From: Pseudomonadota bacterium
GTDB taxonomy: Bacteria > Pseudomonadota > Alphaproteobacteria > RF32 > CAG-239
Direction of reading: 5' to 3'
Length of the DNA stretch: 64,000 bases
Assembly: GCA_918234285.1 (NCBI GenBank)
Contig: CAKJXZ020000030.1
Location: 59,932-123,931 of the forward strand
The translations under genes and the position numbers were made by a program. The notes beneath the pieces were generated by a model, which saw only the letters and a list, made by a program, of their open reading frames with translations, searched no databases and was not told the origin of the DNA. Of this stretch, positions 39,362 through 49,342 are shown piece after piece. Position 1 is the stretch's first letter, and every line of letters starts with the position of its first letter.

Positions 39362-40348
39362 ATGAGCGATACGGAAAATTTTGTGCTGGATTTTGAAAAA
39401 ACCATTGTTGAAATCGAAGAAAAAATCGAGCATCTGCAATCTATGGCGCGGACCGAAGATTTGGATATCAGCCGCGAAATCAAAAAGTTGCAAAAACACC
39501 TGCAAACCCACACCGAGCAAGTTTATCGCCATTTAACTCCGTGGCAAAAGGCACAAATTGCCCGCCACCCTTCACGTCCGCACTGTTTGGATTATATCAA
39601 AGCCCTGATTACCGATTTTGTGCCGCTTGCTGGCGACCGCCGCTTTGGTGATGATCCGGCCATGGTCTGCGGTTTGGGAAATTTTGAAAATACACCGGTA
39701 GTCGTAATCGGCCAAGAAAAAGGCAATGATTTGGATTCCCGTATAAAATATAATTTCGGCATGGCCAAACCGGAAGGATATCGCAAGGCTCAACGCCTGA
39801 TGGATATGGCAGAAAAGTTCAAACTGCCGGTTTTGAGTTTTGTGGATACCGCCGGTGCTTATCCGGGAATAGATGCCGAAGCCCGCGGCCAAGCCGAGGC
39901 TATTGCTTCCTCCATTGAAAAATGCCTGCAAATCAAGGCGCCTATCATCGCCACCGTTATCGGTGAAGGCGGCTCCGGTGGTGCGATTGCCATTGCCGTT
40001 GCCGACAAAGTTTTAATGCTCGAACACTCGATTTATTCGGTTATTTCACCGGAGGGATGTGCTTCGATTTTGTGGCGCTCGGCCGATAAAACCAAAGAAG
40101 CGACCGAGGCCTTGCACCTAACCGCGCAAGATTTGAAAAAACTGGGAATTATTGATGAAATCGTGCCGGAACCTGTCGGTGGCGCGCACCGCAATCCGGA
40201 ACAAACCATAGAAAATTTGCGTACGGCACTCAAACAAAATCTGCAGGAGCTTTCGGGTATTGCTTACGATAAATTAAAAACTCAACGTACCGACAAGTTT
40301 ATGAAAATCGGCACCGAATTCGTACAGGTAAAAAAAGCCAAAGGTTAA
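39362..40348 (+). CDS. accA: Acetyl-CoA carboxylase carboxyltransferase alpha
   Basis: ARHPSRP, NFGMAKPEGYRKA, DTAGAYPG, GEGGSGGA. Confidence 0.97.
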   Translation: MSDTENFVLDFEKTIVEIEEKIEHLQSMARTEDLDISREIKKLQKHLQTHTEQVYRHLTPWQKAQIARHPSRPHCLDYIKALITDFVPLAGDRRFGDDPAMVCGLGNFENTPVVVIGQEKGNDLDSRIKYNFGMAKPEGYRKAQRLMDMAEKFKLPVLSFVDTAGAYPGIDAEARGQAEAIASSIEKCLQIKAPIIATVIGEGGSGGAIAIAVADKVLMLEHSIYSVISPEGCASILWRSADKTKEATEALHLTAQDLKKLGIIDEIVPEPVGGAHRNPEQTIENLRTALKQNLQELSGIAYDKLKTQRTDKFMKIGTEFVQVKKAKG

Positions 40349-40367
40349 AAAATAATTTGCCATAAAT

Positions 40368-40408
40368 AAAGAACCTTGAAAATCATGCTCTGATTTTCAA
40401 GGTTCTTT
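40368..40408. terminator. Bidirectional terminator
   Basis: aaagaaccttgaaaatca-tgctc-tgattttcaaggttcttt. Confidence 0.75.
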
Positions 40409-40429
40409 TAATTTGATCTACGGTGCAGC

Positions 40430-40894
40430 TTACCAATCGCTCTTAGACTTTTCCAGATAAGACTTTATCCAGACATTGACCTTTGCTTCGCTCTGATAAT
40501 CCCAACCGCAGATGTACTTCTCCCCGAAACAAATAATCGGGGTGGAAACCGCACTGCCGTCTTTGCCCAAGTTATAATAGTACTTGGCGGATTTGAAGTA
40601 ATCCTTTGCCTTGTTCATATTAAACCCTGGGGCTCCCTCGTCAAGCTCGATAAACTCAACGTAATTCTCCAGCTTGGCGTTGGAGGGCAATTCAAGTTCC
40701 TCTTTCCAGGTGTCGAAAGATGTGCGAAAATACTTTTCAGCGGCCGCACTTCTGCTACAACTTGCCGATTTCAGGAACAACACCTTGCTCTTGCTCTGCT
40801 CTTTGACATTCAGATCAGGTGATCCATCCTCAATCACACAAGAAGAAAGCAACACCATGGCCATCATAGCCATAAACAGACATAATTTTTTCAT
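40430..40894 (-). CDS. Hypothetical lipoprotein, thioredoxin/glutaredoxin-like
   Basis: Lipobox LSSC; CSRS; STPIICFGEKYICGW. Confidence 0.6.
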   Translation of the reverse strand: MKKLCLFMAMMAMVLLSSCVIEDGSPDLNVKEQSKSKVLFLKSASCSRSAAAEKYFRTSFDTWKEELELPSNAKLENYVEFIELDEGAPGFNMNKAKDYFKSAKYYYNLGKDGSAVSTPIICFGEKYICGWDYQSEAKVNVWIKSYLEKSKSDW

Positions 40895-41113
40895 AATTGT
40901 TTTTTTTGGTTTGTTTTTTGGATAAATAATATTTGATACACTTATACTTTAGCAAAAATATTTATTTTGTCAATAATATTTTTAATTTTAATCTTTTTTT
41001 TTAAACAATCGACCGACTCATCAACAGCCCTGCTTAAAGCGCTTGCAAAATATCGCAAAATGGCATATAAATTAGCTATTCTGTAAACATTTATTTTGCA
41101 AAGGAAACGAACT

Positions 41114-41653
41114 ATGGCTAACAAATATGCGGGAACACAAACCGAAAAAAACCTGTGGACGGCTTTTGCCGGTGAAAGTCAGGCACGTAACAAATACACC
41201 TATTTTGCCAGTGTAGCAAAAAAAGAAGGATTCGAACAAATTTCCGAAATCTTTACCAAAACCGCTGCTAACGAAAAAGAACATGCCGAATTGTGGTTTA
41301 AGGAACTGGAAGAACTCGGCGATACCGCAGCCAACTTAGCTGCTGCCGCCGCCGGCGAAAATTATGAGTGGACCGATATGTACGAAGGTTTCGCTAAAAC
41401 CGCCGAAGCAGAAGGTTTTCCGGCATTAGCGGCTAAATTCCGCGGGGTTGCGGCGATTGAAAAAACGCATGAAGAAAGATATCGTGCTTTGTTGAAAAAC
41501 GTTGAAACTCAAGAAGTTTTCAAGCGTTCAACGGTTAAGGTATGGGAATGCCGCAATTGCGGACACATTATTGTCGGCACCGAAGCTCCGGCTGCTTGTC
41601 CGGTTTGCGCTCATGCTCGCAGCTATTTTGAATTACGCGCCGAAAACTACTGA
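41114..41653 (+). CDS. rbr: Rubrerythrin
   Basis: [30 protein letters not shown]...CPVC. Confidence 0.95.
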   Translation: MANKYAGTQTEKNLWTAFAGESQARNKYTYFASVAKKEGFEQISEIFTKTAANEKEHAELWFKELEELGDTAANLAAAAAGENYEWTDMYEGFAKTAEAEGFPALAAKFRGVAAIEKTHEERYRALLKNVETQEVFKRSTVKVWECRNCGHIIVGTEAPAACPVCAHARSYFELRAENY

Positions 41654-41673
41654 TTTTTCAGCGTTCTTCACTT

Positions 41674-41708
41674 ACATCATCTCGGCAATTGCCGGGATGA
41701 TGTTTTTT
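41674..41708 (+). terminator. Intrinsic terminator
   Basis: acatcatctcggc-aatt-gccgggatgatgt followed by a T-run. Confidence 0.75.
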
Positions 41709-41779
41709 ATACCCGATATTTTGCTTGACTTTGACAAAAATAAAATATATGATAGCCATGCAAAAAAATCATTATATCT

Positions 41780-42046
41780 ATGAATTACTGGGTATGCATT
41801 GTTATTGTTCTCTGGGTCCTCGGCATGTGCCTTGTTACCTATGAGATTGTGTGGAAAGTTCGTCGGGTACGCTATATCAGATATCTGCGCGGGCTTTCAG
41901 ATGAAAAACTTTCGGCAATCTACACCGAAAGGTGGTTAAAAATAAATGCCGACATTCTCGATGACAGGCTTCAACTCATGCAATATATGGAAATTATGCG
42001 TGAGCTGTTGCACCGTAATCTTTATACTGGAAAAATCGTGCATTAA
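41780..42046 (+). CDS. Small membrane protein
   Basis: N-terminal TM helix; YEIVW...LSDEKL similar to the next ORF. Confidence 0.6.
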   Translation: MNYWVCIVIVLWVLGMCLVTYEIVWKVRRVRYIRYLRGLSDEKLSAIYTERWLKINADILDDRLQLMQYMEIMRELLHRNLYTGKIVH

Positions 42047-42056
42047 TTTCAGCAAT

Positions 42057-42332
42057 ATGTATTATATTTTATTCTTAGTATGTTTGGCGTGTATCGGCGC
42101 CGGCTACGGAATTTATGAGCTCGTATGGGCACTTCGTCTCCGCAAAATTCGTCAGAAATACCATAATATGTCTGAAGAAGAGTTGCGTAAAGAAAGAAAA
42201 GAGCTCAGTCGGGAACTGCGTGACTTCTTCGGTCTGAGAACTTCCAAGGGCGGCTGTATGCCTGACCGAATGCTACTCCTTAAGAACGGATGCCTATTGG
42301 AAGAGTTTGAATTAAGAAATTTATCCGAATAA
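42057..42332 (+). CDS. Small membrane protein, paralog of the previous ORF
   Basis: N-terminal TM helix; YELVW...MSEEEL. Confidence 0.6.
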   Translation: MYYILFLVCLACIGAGYGIYELVWALRLRKIRQKYHNMSEEELRKERKELSRELRDFFGLRTSKGGCMPDRMLLLKNGCLLEEFELRNLSE

Positions 42333-42369
42333 AAAAAGACGTATGCTTAACCGGCATACGTCTTTTTTT
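42331..42369 (+). terminator. Intrinsic terminator
   Basis: aaaaaagacgtatgc-ttaaccg-gcatacgtctttttt. Confidence 0.75.
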
Positions 42370-42439
42370 GACAAAAATATTGGCAAGGATAATATATTGT
42401 TATACAATCGCCGTATAAAACAAAAAACGAGGTAAACCC

Positions 42440-44239
42440 ATGAGCAATAAAGAAAACAAAGCGAAAATAGAACAACTGAAAAAATCCATAAAGAAAGGCG
42501 GCAAAATCGCCGGAAAAATCGGTAAAAAAATACTTACCGTAGGCGGGAAAACCCTCGTTAAAACCGCAAAATACAATAAAAAGGCAGCACAAATATTATA
42601 TAACAAGTATAATAAATTGAATAAAGATGCCAAAACAAAATTACATCGCGGCATGTTTGCCGTCGCCGGAGTTGCCGGACTTGCCGGCGGTTTATATATG
42701 AATCGCGATATTTTTTCCGGATTCTTGCCATCATCGGTACAAAGTTCCGACGCCAATGCCGAGAAAATCAAATCGGAGTTAACCAAAACCTATAAAATCA
42801 CCGATAAAGAAAGTTTCCGCCAACTTTACGAAGATGCTCTGCCGTTGATACAAGCCTCTTTGGTTCCGATAGAAATATTTAAAGAAAAAGGATATTACGA
42901 CGGTGCGAACGGAAAGAAAAAGAAATCAAATACCATAGGCCTCGGTTTATGGTGGTTTCCGATTGACGGCAACCCGAACAACCCTCATTGGGTTCATACA
43001 TCTTACTACTTAAATTCTCATCCCAATACCAAATTAAGTTTTGAAGAAGCATTGGTTTATACCGACGCCTGGTTTCGGATAAGAGACAGAGATCAAAATG
43101 AACACAAGACTGCAAAACCCGGCAAAAAAGTTACAAATACGGTTTATAACAGAATGTATAGCGCATTTAAAGGCAGTGAAATTAATTTGCATCAATTTGC
43201 GGCTTGTGCAAGTTGCATTGTAAACAGTGAATCGGGAGGTTTAGAATTTTGCAAATATTATGCGCAAAATCGTAATAATCCGATTGCATGCGCTCGTTAT
43301 TTGGTCGGATTAAAACCTAAAGACAGCAGATATGATGACGGAATTATGGTTCGCCACGCGGGTGAAGCATGCATGTTTATGTATCCGGAATACGCCGCCG
43401 CAATCTATTCATTTAAGCTCAAAGACGGCATAAACAGCCATGGTAATGCTTATACTACCACATCGGTGAATCAAACTACGCCGGAACAATGTAAAAAAGT
43501 CCTCAACGACTTAAATCGCAACAGCACTGCCCAGCTCAGCAAACACAGAGATTGCATTATGAAGTATATATGTAAAGGCGAGCACTATACTGTTGCCGAT
43601 ATGGCAAATACGATTAAAGATAAAAGAGCAAGAAGCAATTTTCTGCGCTATTACAGCGGGGAAAATACCATTTCTTTTGAAAATGCCAAAGCTGAACTTA
43701 CTTATGCCGATGCATTAAAAGAATATGAGGCCGGCAACTATGAAAAAGCACTCGCCGGTTTTCAACAACTGCGCGCCAACGGCTATGATGGTGCCGATTT
43801 ACGCAACGATATTGCCATTACACACTACAAACTTGGTCATTATCAAGAATGTATTGAAGAATGTCGTGCCGTCTTGAACACCGGAGAAAAACATTTACAC
43901 CCGGCGGCAAATTACAACGCAGGCAAGGCCTATGAGGCTTTAGGCAATTATGAACGAGCACGCTTAAATTATGAGAGAGCTCTGGTTGCGGCACAAAAAA
44001 TCGATGCTAACGATACCCTGAAAAATGTGTATAAAAACGCCATAAAACGCACTCAAGATTTTATAAAAAATACAAATTCGCAACCGAAATCGATTGCTCC
44101 GCAGAAAAAGTCGCAAAAGGCAATCTCAAAGACTTCGCCGAAAGCACAAAAAGCAGCAAAAACGTCGACTAAATCTAAAGGCAAGAAAAAAACTCCGGTT
44201 CAAAATAAGCGGATGAAACCGTCAAAACGCGGAAGATAA
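42440..44239 (+). CDS. Membrane-anchored lysozyme-like (GH24-like) domain + TPR repeat protein
   Basis: E-IFKEKGYY-D...NTIGLG and NLHQFAACASCIVN resemble phage-lysozyme motifs; TPRs (HYKLGHYQECI, YNAGKAYEALGNYERA); basic tail. Confidence 0.6.
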   Translation: MSNKENKAKIEQLKKSIKKGGKIAGKIGKKILTVGGKTLVKTAKYNKKAAQILYNKYNKLNKDAKTKLHRGMFAVAGVAGLAGGLYMNRDIFSGFLPSSVQSSDANAEKIKSELTKTYKITDKESFRQLYEDALPLIQASLVPIEIFKEKGYYDGANGKKKKSNTIGLGLWWFPIDGNPNNPHWVHTSYYLNSHPNTKLSFEEALVYTDAWFRIRDRDQNEHKTAKPGKKVTNTVYNRMYSAFKGSEINLHQFAACASCIVNSESGGLEFCKYYAQNRNNPIACARYLVGLKPKDSRYDDGIMVRHAGEACMFMYPEYAAAIYSFKLKDGINSHGNAYTTTSVNQTTPEQCKKVLNDLNRNSTAQLSKHRDCIMKYICKGEHYTVADMANTIKDKRARSNFLRYYSGENTISFENAKAELTYADALKEYEAGNYEKALAGFQQLRANGYDGADLRNDIAITHYKLGHYQECIEECRAVLNTGEKHLHPAANYNAGKAYEALGNYERARLNYERALVAAQKIDANDTLKNVYKNAIKRTQDFIKNTNSQPKSIAPQKKSQKAISKTSPKAQKAAKTSTKSKGKKKTPVQNKRMKPSKRGR

Positions 44240-44244
44240 TTTTA

Positions 44245-44757
44245 TCAGCGAGTTATGATATGCTCCGGATACGGCGACAAATTTTTGAGTTTTTCCCTAA
44301 AGAACAGCGGATAGGCATCGTATTCGCCCAACTTATTAAGCGGTAACCACACCATTTTTTCATCCATGGTATTGTTTGCGGTTTTGCTGTGACTGTTTAA
44401 CTGCCGAGTACCGCGCGGTTTCATCAAAAAATAAAACGTAACCTCATGACACGCTATATCTTTCAACTCGCCGTCATCACGCTTAAAAAAATTCTCCTGA
44501 ATAAAAGCCAATCGCTCAATTTGATAATCAACACCGGTTTCTTCTTTAACCTCACGCCGCACCGCCTCTTCCGCGGTTTCACCGAGTTCCACCCCGCCGC
44601 CGATGGTGTAATAATAATCTTCCGCATCATTGGTGGCAAACAAAACCGCGCCGTTTTCGATGATAATCGCCGCCGCCCGCAAACGAAACCGCCGCTTATC
44701 ATTGGTTTGGAAGCAAATATCATTGCTCTTCATTTCGACCGAATTAACTGTTTTCAT
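44245..44757 (-). CDS. Nudix hydrolase
   Basis: GGGVELGETAEEAVRREVKEETG. Confidence 0.93.
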   Translation of the reverse strand: MKTVNSVEMKSNDICFQTNDKRRFRLRAAAIIIENGAVLFATNDAEDYYYTIGGGVELGETAEEAVRREVKEETGVDYQIERLAFIQENFFKRDDGELKDIACHEVTFYFLMKPRGTRQLNSHSKTANNTMDEKMVWLPLNKLGEYDAYPLFFREKLKNLSPYPEHIITR

Positions 44758-45268
44758 CGTGCGTCCTTTCGCTCAAAAATGCCTTAATTACGGCAACGGT
44801 TTGTTGCGGAGTTTGCTGGCTGTTATCGATAATCAAATCGGAATGCAGAGGCGCATGAAAATTTGCCTCATACATATCTCTTATACGAGATTGCTCCCAC
44901 TCCGTCAGACTTCTGGTGCCGCGGTTTTGCAAACAAACCTCCAAACTCGGTGCCAATGTAATATTTAAAAACACTGTATTTAAATCGGCGAACCTACACC
45001 ACCGCCGATAATTTTCCTCATCCATCGGATAAGCAAAAATAATGTAGCGAAAATTTTCCGTTTTTCTTTGCTCAATTATCTTATCCAGCCGCTTCAAGCG
45101 TTCGCGCCAACCCTCATGCATTGTTATACCGAGTTTTTTCTCCTCGGCATCGCTCATTAAATTATCAACCTCAATAAACAGAGCATTCTCAAGTTGTTGT
45201 TCCAAGAGTTTGGAAATGGTTGATTTACCGGCGTTTATCGGCCCGTTGATGTTGAGAATTATCGTCAT
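44744..45268 (-). CDS. P-loop kinase (shikimate/AAA_18-like)
   Basis: NGPINAGKST, IEVD, LEVCLQNRGTR. Confidence 0.85.
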   Translation of the reverse strand: MTIILNINGPINAGKSTISKLLEQQLENALFIEVDNLMSDAEEKKLGITMHEGWRERLKRLDKIIEQRKTENFRYIIFAYPMDEENYRRWCRFADLNTVFLNITLAPSLEVCLQNRGTRSLTEWEQSRIRDMYEANFHAPLHSDLIIDNSQQTPQQTVAVIKAFLSERTHDENS

Positions 45269-47524
45269 TTATTCACCCTCTTTTTTTACAAAAACCCAAA
45301 CATCGTGATATGTGTCGAATAAATACTCGGCCTCACTCAAAACACTGTCAAGCTTATAACCAAGTTTTTGCGGCACTCTCACCGACGGCAAATTGTCGGC
45401 ATTACACCAAATTTCAAACCGCTGAAAACCGGCTTTGAAGGCCTCTTTTTCAAGCAGTTTCACCGCTTGAGTGGCATACCCTTTACCATATTGGGGTTTA
45501 TCCAACCAATAACAACCTTCCGCGACATTGTTGTCCTTAACCTTAACTCCGGCACAACCGAGAATTTTGTTGTTTGCATCAACTATAAAATAAAAAAACA
45601 TTTCTCCGCTCCGGCGCTTTTCGGCGTAGTTATGAATTTCTGCAATTGCCTTATCTTTGGTATTTATTTGCGAAGTATGCGGCAAAAATTTAAATTCTTT
45701 AGCATTTCTTTGCACAATCGCCGCAAATTCTTCCGCGCGACCAACATCAGTTGCTGCAATCAGCCAAAATTTATCCCCTTTAATTTTTTCCGAAACGTAT
45801 ATTTGCTCATCAATTTTCTCCCGATATTGATTTATCGCTACTAAAAATTCGTTGAAAAAACGCTCCGGATGCTGTGCAATTTCTTTATATAATTCCGGCA
45901 AAGATATCGTTAGCACTTCAGCCACCTCATTTTTATCCGGCATAATTTCTTCATCGGACTGCGCCACAAACACATGGTGAAAAGCAACTTGTTTGCTATC
46001 ACGAATGACTGGAAACGCGGCAATTTGATACTTTATTTTGGCATCTATACCCATTTCTTCTTTTAGTTCGCGCTTGGCAGCATCTTCATAATCTTCACCG
46101 GCATCGACATGGCCGGCCGCTGAATAAGTCCATAATCCTCCCCATTTTTTATGCGCCGCGATTTTTTGCAAAACTAACTCGTTTTTTGAATTAAACAACA
46201 ATACTGCCGCAATCATAACAAAACGTTCTTCTTTCAACGGAGTTCCGCGTAATTGTGTGCCGATTATATCATCATCTTTATCCGCCAATGCAATCAGCGG
46301 TTTACCTGCCGCTATTAAAGCGTACGGTGTAGCGTTTTTATCGCTCAAATCGGCAATTTTTACCCATACCGCACCACCGGAATCCAGGCCATCGCCCGTC
46401 GCCCGCGGAGTGCCGCTGATTTCTGCATCATACAAAACCGCCTCGTGTTGCAACACGCCTTTTTCACCGCTCTGCGGTGTGAAATCAGAAAAAATTATAG
46501 TTTTATGCCGCTCATTTCCCGCCTTAATCACTTCACAACCGGTTTCTTCTTTAATCTCGCGCTTGAGCGTATCCGCATAGCTTTCGCCCTTCTCCTGACT
46601 GCCGCCCGGCAAATCATACATTCCGGTATACGGCCCGCGTGCTTTTTTTATCAGCAAAATTTTATCGTCTTTAATTATGCTGCCGTAAACCCCGAAATGC
46701 GCCTTTGTTACGCGTGGATCTCGCAACAAAATATGCTTGAACCATTTTTCCTGAAAAGCAATATCTTCTTCAATAATTTCGTCAGCCAAATCGAATGCTT
46801 CCGGCACCACTATCAGCTTATCGTCGTCATCGTCGGTGCGGTGCACCACCCCGATACAGCGCCCGATATACTCCTCAAGCGGCCTATCTTCCATCAAAAC
46901 GTAAGCATCCAATTCTTCGCCGTCACCGGATTTTGTATATGGAATAAACCCGTAATTTACCTTGTATTCAAAGCCGTGTTTCGGGTGCTTACTCCCCAAC
47001 GGTCGGTCTATTTTTACATACACGATTTGCCCAATATATTTGGTGTTCGGCAGATTATGCAGCACCACCGGATAATCATCCATATAGTCCCACGGCTGAT
47101 ATTGTTTGGCTAAAGTATCGAATTCATCTTCTCTGATATACAGTTCATCCTGATTTTCTGCCGACCTTTTCAAAATTCGCTGTTTAGCCGTTTGCATATC
47201 GCAAAAAACATTATGAAAAACGACATTATCGGTTATTTTTTTGGCGCGATTATATGCTTTTTCACGAGTTTCATGATTCCAAAAACCGTAATCCATTATA
47301 ACATCGGTACCGTTTGCAATAATTTTTTGCGCCAAATCCCACAATACCTCGTCAACTTTATCATAGTTTATATGAAAGTCTTCATAAGGCATATTACGAC
47401 CGTATAATTTTACCATATATTCGTCATGCGTCAAACGCACCGCCGGCAATTTCTTTTCAAGCTCTTTGGCTATCGTGGTTTTGCCAAAGCCCATAAAACC
47501 GACCATCAAATGAATTGTTGCCAT
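45269..47524 (-). CDS. Five-domain fusion: P-loop kinase + inorganic pyrophosphatase-like + 2 Nudix + RimL-type GNAT
   Basis: GFMGFGKT; VNYGFIP..SGDGEELDAY...DDDKLI; GGSQEKGE...KREIKEETG; AAGHVDAGE...KRELKEEMG; YWLDKPQYGKGYAT...N.PS.RVP.KLGY. Confidence 0.88.
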   Translation of the reverse strand: MATIHLMVGFMGFGKTTIAKELEKKLPAVRLTHDEYMVKLYGRNMPYEDFHINYDKVDEVLWDLAQKIIANGTDVIMDYGFWNHETREKAYNRAKKITDNVVFHNVFCDMQTAKQRILKRSAENQDELYIREDEFDTLAKQYQPWDYMDDYPVVLHNLPNTKYIGQIVYVKIDRPLGSKHPKHGFEYKVNYGFIPYTKSGDGEELDAYVLMEDRPLEEYIGRCIGVVHRTDDDDDKLIVVPEAFDLADEIIEEDIAFQEKWFKHILLRDPRVTKAHFGVYGSIIKDDKILLIKKARGPYTGMYDLPGGSQEKGESYADTLKREIKEETGCEVIKAGNERHKTIIFSDFTPQSGEKGVLQHEAVLYDAEISGTPRATGDGLDSGGAVWVKIADLSDKNATPYALIAAGKPLIALADKDDDIIGTQLRGTPLKEERFVMIAAVLLFNSKNELVLQKIAAHKKWGGLWTYSAAGHVDAGEDYEDAAKRELKEEMGIDAKIKYQIAAFPVIRDSKQVAFHHVFVAQSDEEIMPDKNEVAEVLTISLPELYKEIAQHPERFFNEFLVAINQYREKIDEQIYVSEKIKGDKFWLIAATDVGRAEEFAAIVQRNAKEFKFLPHTSQINTKDKAIAEIHNYAEKRRSGEMFFYFIVDANNKILGCAGVKVKDNNVAEGCYWLDKPQYGKGYATQAVKLLEKEAFKAGFQRFEIWCNADNLPSVRVPQKLGYKLDSVLSEAEYLFDTYHDVWVFVKKEGE

Positions 47525-48504
47525 TCTTTATCTCCGAAAATTGCCGGATAAATACGCTTATCCGCCGTTATTTCCACAAACTCGTAACAGCGGCCGGCAA
47601 ATTCTTCTTCCAACATCGGAATTTTATCTTTTTGCATATATTCCGGCGGTAAGGTTGCTTCATGCAAAATCATAATCTCATGCCCTTTTTGATTGCCGAA
47701 AATAAAGATATTTTCATACACTCCGAGCTTTTTACCCACGCTGATTTCAACTCCGATTTCTTCTTTAATTTCGCGTTGCAACGCTTCTGCCGCCGTTTCA
47801 CCAAACTCGATTCCTCCACCCGGCAAGCGATAGAATTTCTCATTCTTGACCGGATCATGACAAGCCACCGCCAACACTTTGTTTGCTCTTTTTATAACCG
47901 CTATTGCCACCGCGCGGATTTTGCCCCAGCGTTTTTGCGTATATATCCACACCCGTCTCTTCTGAACACCGTTTTTAAAGGTTGGAGCAACCTCGCAACC
48001 GCTGTATTCGAGCATTACCTTATGCATAACCGCATACGAGCCGATATTATTTTCTTTACAAGTTACTAAAACTTTATCCAAGCCCATTTCCGCGGCCTTT
48101 TGCAAACACAATTTCAAACCGGCCGTCACGTACCCTTTGCGCTGTTCGGAGGGCCGAATTTGGTACGCGATATGCCCGCCGACTTGTTCCAACTCCGGGG
48201 TTAACTCGTGCCGCAAATCAAATGTACCGATGTATTTATCGCCGTCCACCAACCAAAAAATGGTGTGCGCCACGCGGCCGGGAGCCAAACCTATTCCCAA
48301 GCGGTTATTTTCCGTTGTTGTAAAATATTCGGCAAAATCATTATCCGCTGCCGCGACCATTCTGCTTACGGCATGAACTTCAAATTCCGACGGCTCCGCC
48401 TTATATTCGGCAATTGCCTCCCGAACACTCGGCAAATATTTTTTTTTGCGGTAACACCAATTCCAACATTTCAAAAATACCCTTTTTAAAATGAAAAACA
48501 CCAC
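47506..48504 (-). CDS. GNAT acetyltransferase + Nudix fusion
   Basis: LRHELT...GGHIAYQIRPSEQRKGY...N.GS; LPGGGIEFGETAAEALQREIKEEIG. Confidence 0.88.
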   Translation of the reverse strand: MVFFILKRVFLKCWNWCYRKKKYLPSVREAIAEYKAEPSEFEVHAVSRMVAAADNDFAEYFTTTENNRLGIGLAPGRVAHTIFWLVDGDKYIGTFDLRHELTPELEQVGGHIAYQIRPSEQRKGYVTAGLKLCLQKAAEMGLDKVLVTCKENNIGSYAVMHKVMLEYSGCEVAPTFKNGVQKRRVWIYTQKRWGKIRAVAIAVIKRANKVLAVACHDPVKNEKFYRLPGGGIEFGETAAEALQREIKEEIGVEISVGKKLGVYENIFIFGNQKGHEIMILHEATLPPEYMQKDKIPMLEEEFAGRCYEFVEITADKRIYPAIFGDKEWQQFI

Positions 48505-48508
48505 CGAT

Positions 48509-48892
48509 TTATTTCACATAAATCAGCAAAATGAGCAGATACAGCGCAAACGTCAGCCCTAAAGTATACAGCACCAAAGTCAGCAATACGCTGAGTTGCG
48601 GATGTTCCGGAATATTTGCCACCGGCAGAGCAATTTTTTTATTACGGGCATTTTTCACAATTTCTTTGAGTTTGTCCTTGCGCCGCAAAAACAGAAAAAC
48701 CATATAACACAGCAGCACAATCAAAATGCCGTAACCGAGCGGTTCGGCCAATTCCGGCGCGGCTCGCAAACACCAAAAAGCAGCAACCCCGAGCGCCAGC
48801 ATCACAAAATACGGCAAACCTTGCATAACCAGCGGGAAATAAGCAATCAGCAAATATGCCAGCAGAACTCCGATAACTATACGCACTATCAT
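48509..48892 (-). CDS. Hypothetical membrane protein
   Basis: Four hydrophobic segments; AAGGAG RBS. Confidence 0.7.
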   Translation of the reverse strand: MIVRIVIGVLLAYLLIAYFPLVMQGLPYFVMLALGVAAFWCLRAAPELAEPLGYGILIVLLCYMVFLFLRRKDKLKEIVKNARNKKIALPVANIPEHPQLSVLLTLVLYTLGLTFALYLLILLIYVK

Positions 48893-49009
48893 TTTTATTC
48901 TCCTTAGCCTCATAATAAATAAATTACCTTTAAAAAACAATCTTTTTATTAACGTTTTTTTTAATAGAACGGGATACATTGTGATAATATCGGATAAAAG
49001 GGTATTAAA

Positions 49010-49330
49010 ATGGACGCAAAACAGGTTTTGGAAGATAATTTTGAAGAAAAAAACAACAGTTTTTTGTATTATTTGCACGAAAAATCATCATTCAGCAAAG
49101 ACGACTTCAAACAACTTTATGAGAGCATCCGTGCCGCCGCCGAAGATAATGTCAACATCAATCGCACGGCGCAAAAAATAACCCATATCTACGGACAAAT
49201 TCTCAAATGCTTTCTTTATCATTTTGATAAAAACGATAAATATAAAATCGCCAATCTTCCGGAAAACTATAACAAGGTGATTGAATATTTGGAAAAAAGC
49301 GTAGAATATTATTTTACAACCAGAATCTGA
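49010..49330 (+). CDS. Immunity protein Imm41-like
   Basis: NF...NSFLYYLHE...F....F..LY...LKCFLYHFD.ND.Y.I pattern recalled for the family. Confidence 0.65.
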   Translation: MDAKQVLEDNFEEKNNSFLYYLHEKSSFSKDDFKQLYESIRAAAEDNVNINRTAQKITHIYGQILKCFLYHFDKNDKYKIANLPENYNKVIEYLEKSVEYYFTTRI

Positions 49331-49342
49331 ATGGAGGAAAAT

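Noticed and set aside
44245-48504. Integron cassette array
   Set aside because: The genes abut or overlap, leaving no room for attC sites, and no IntI is present.
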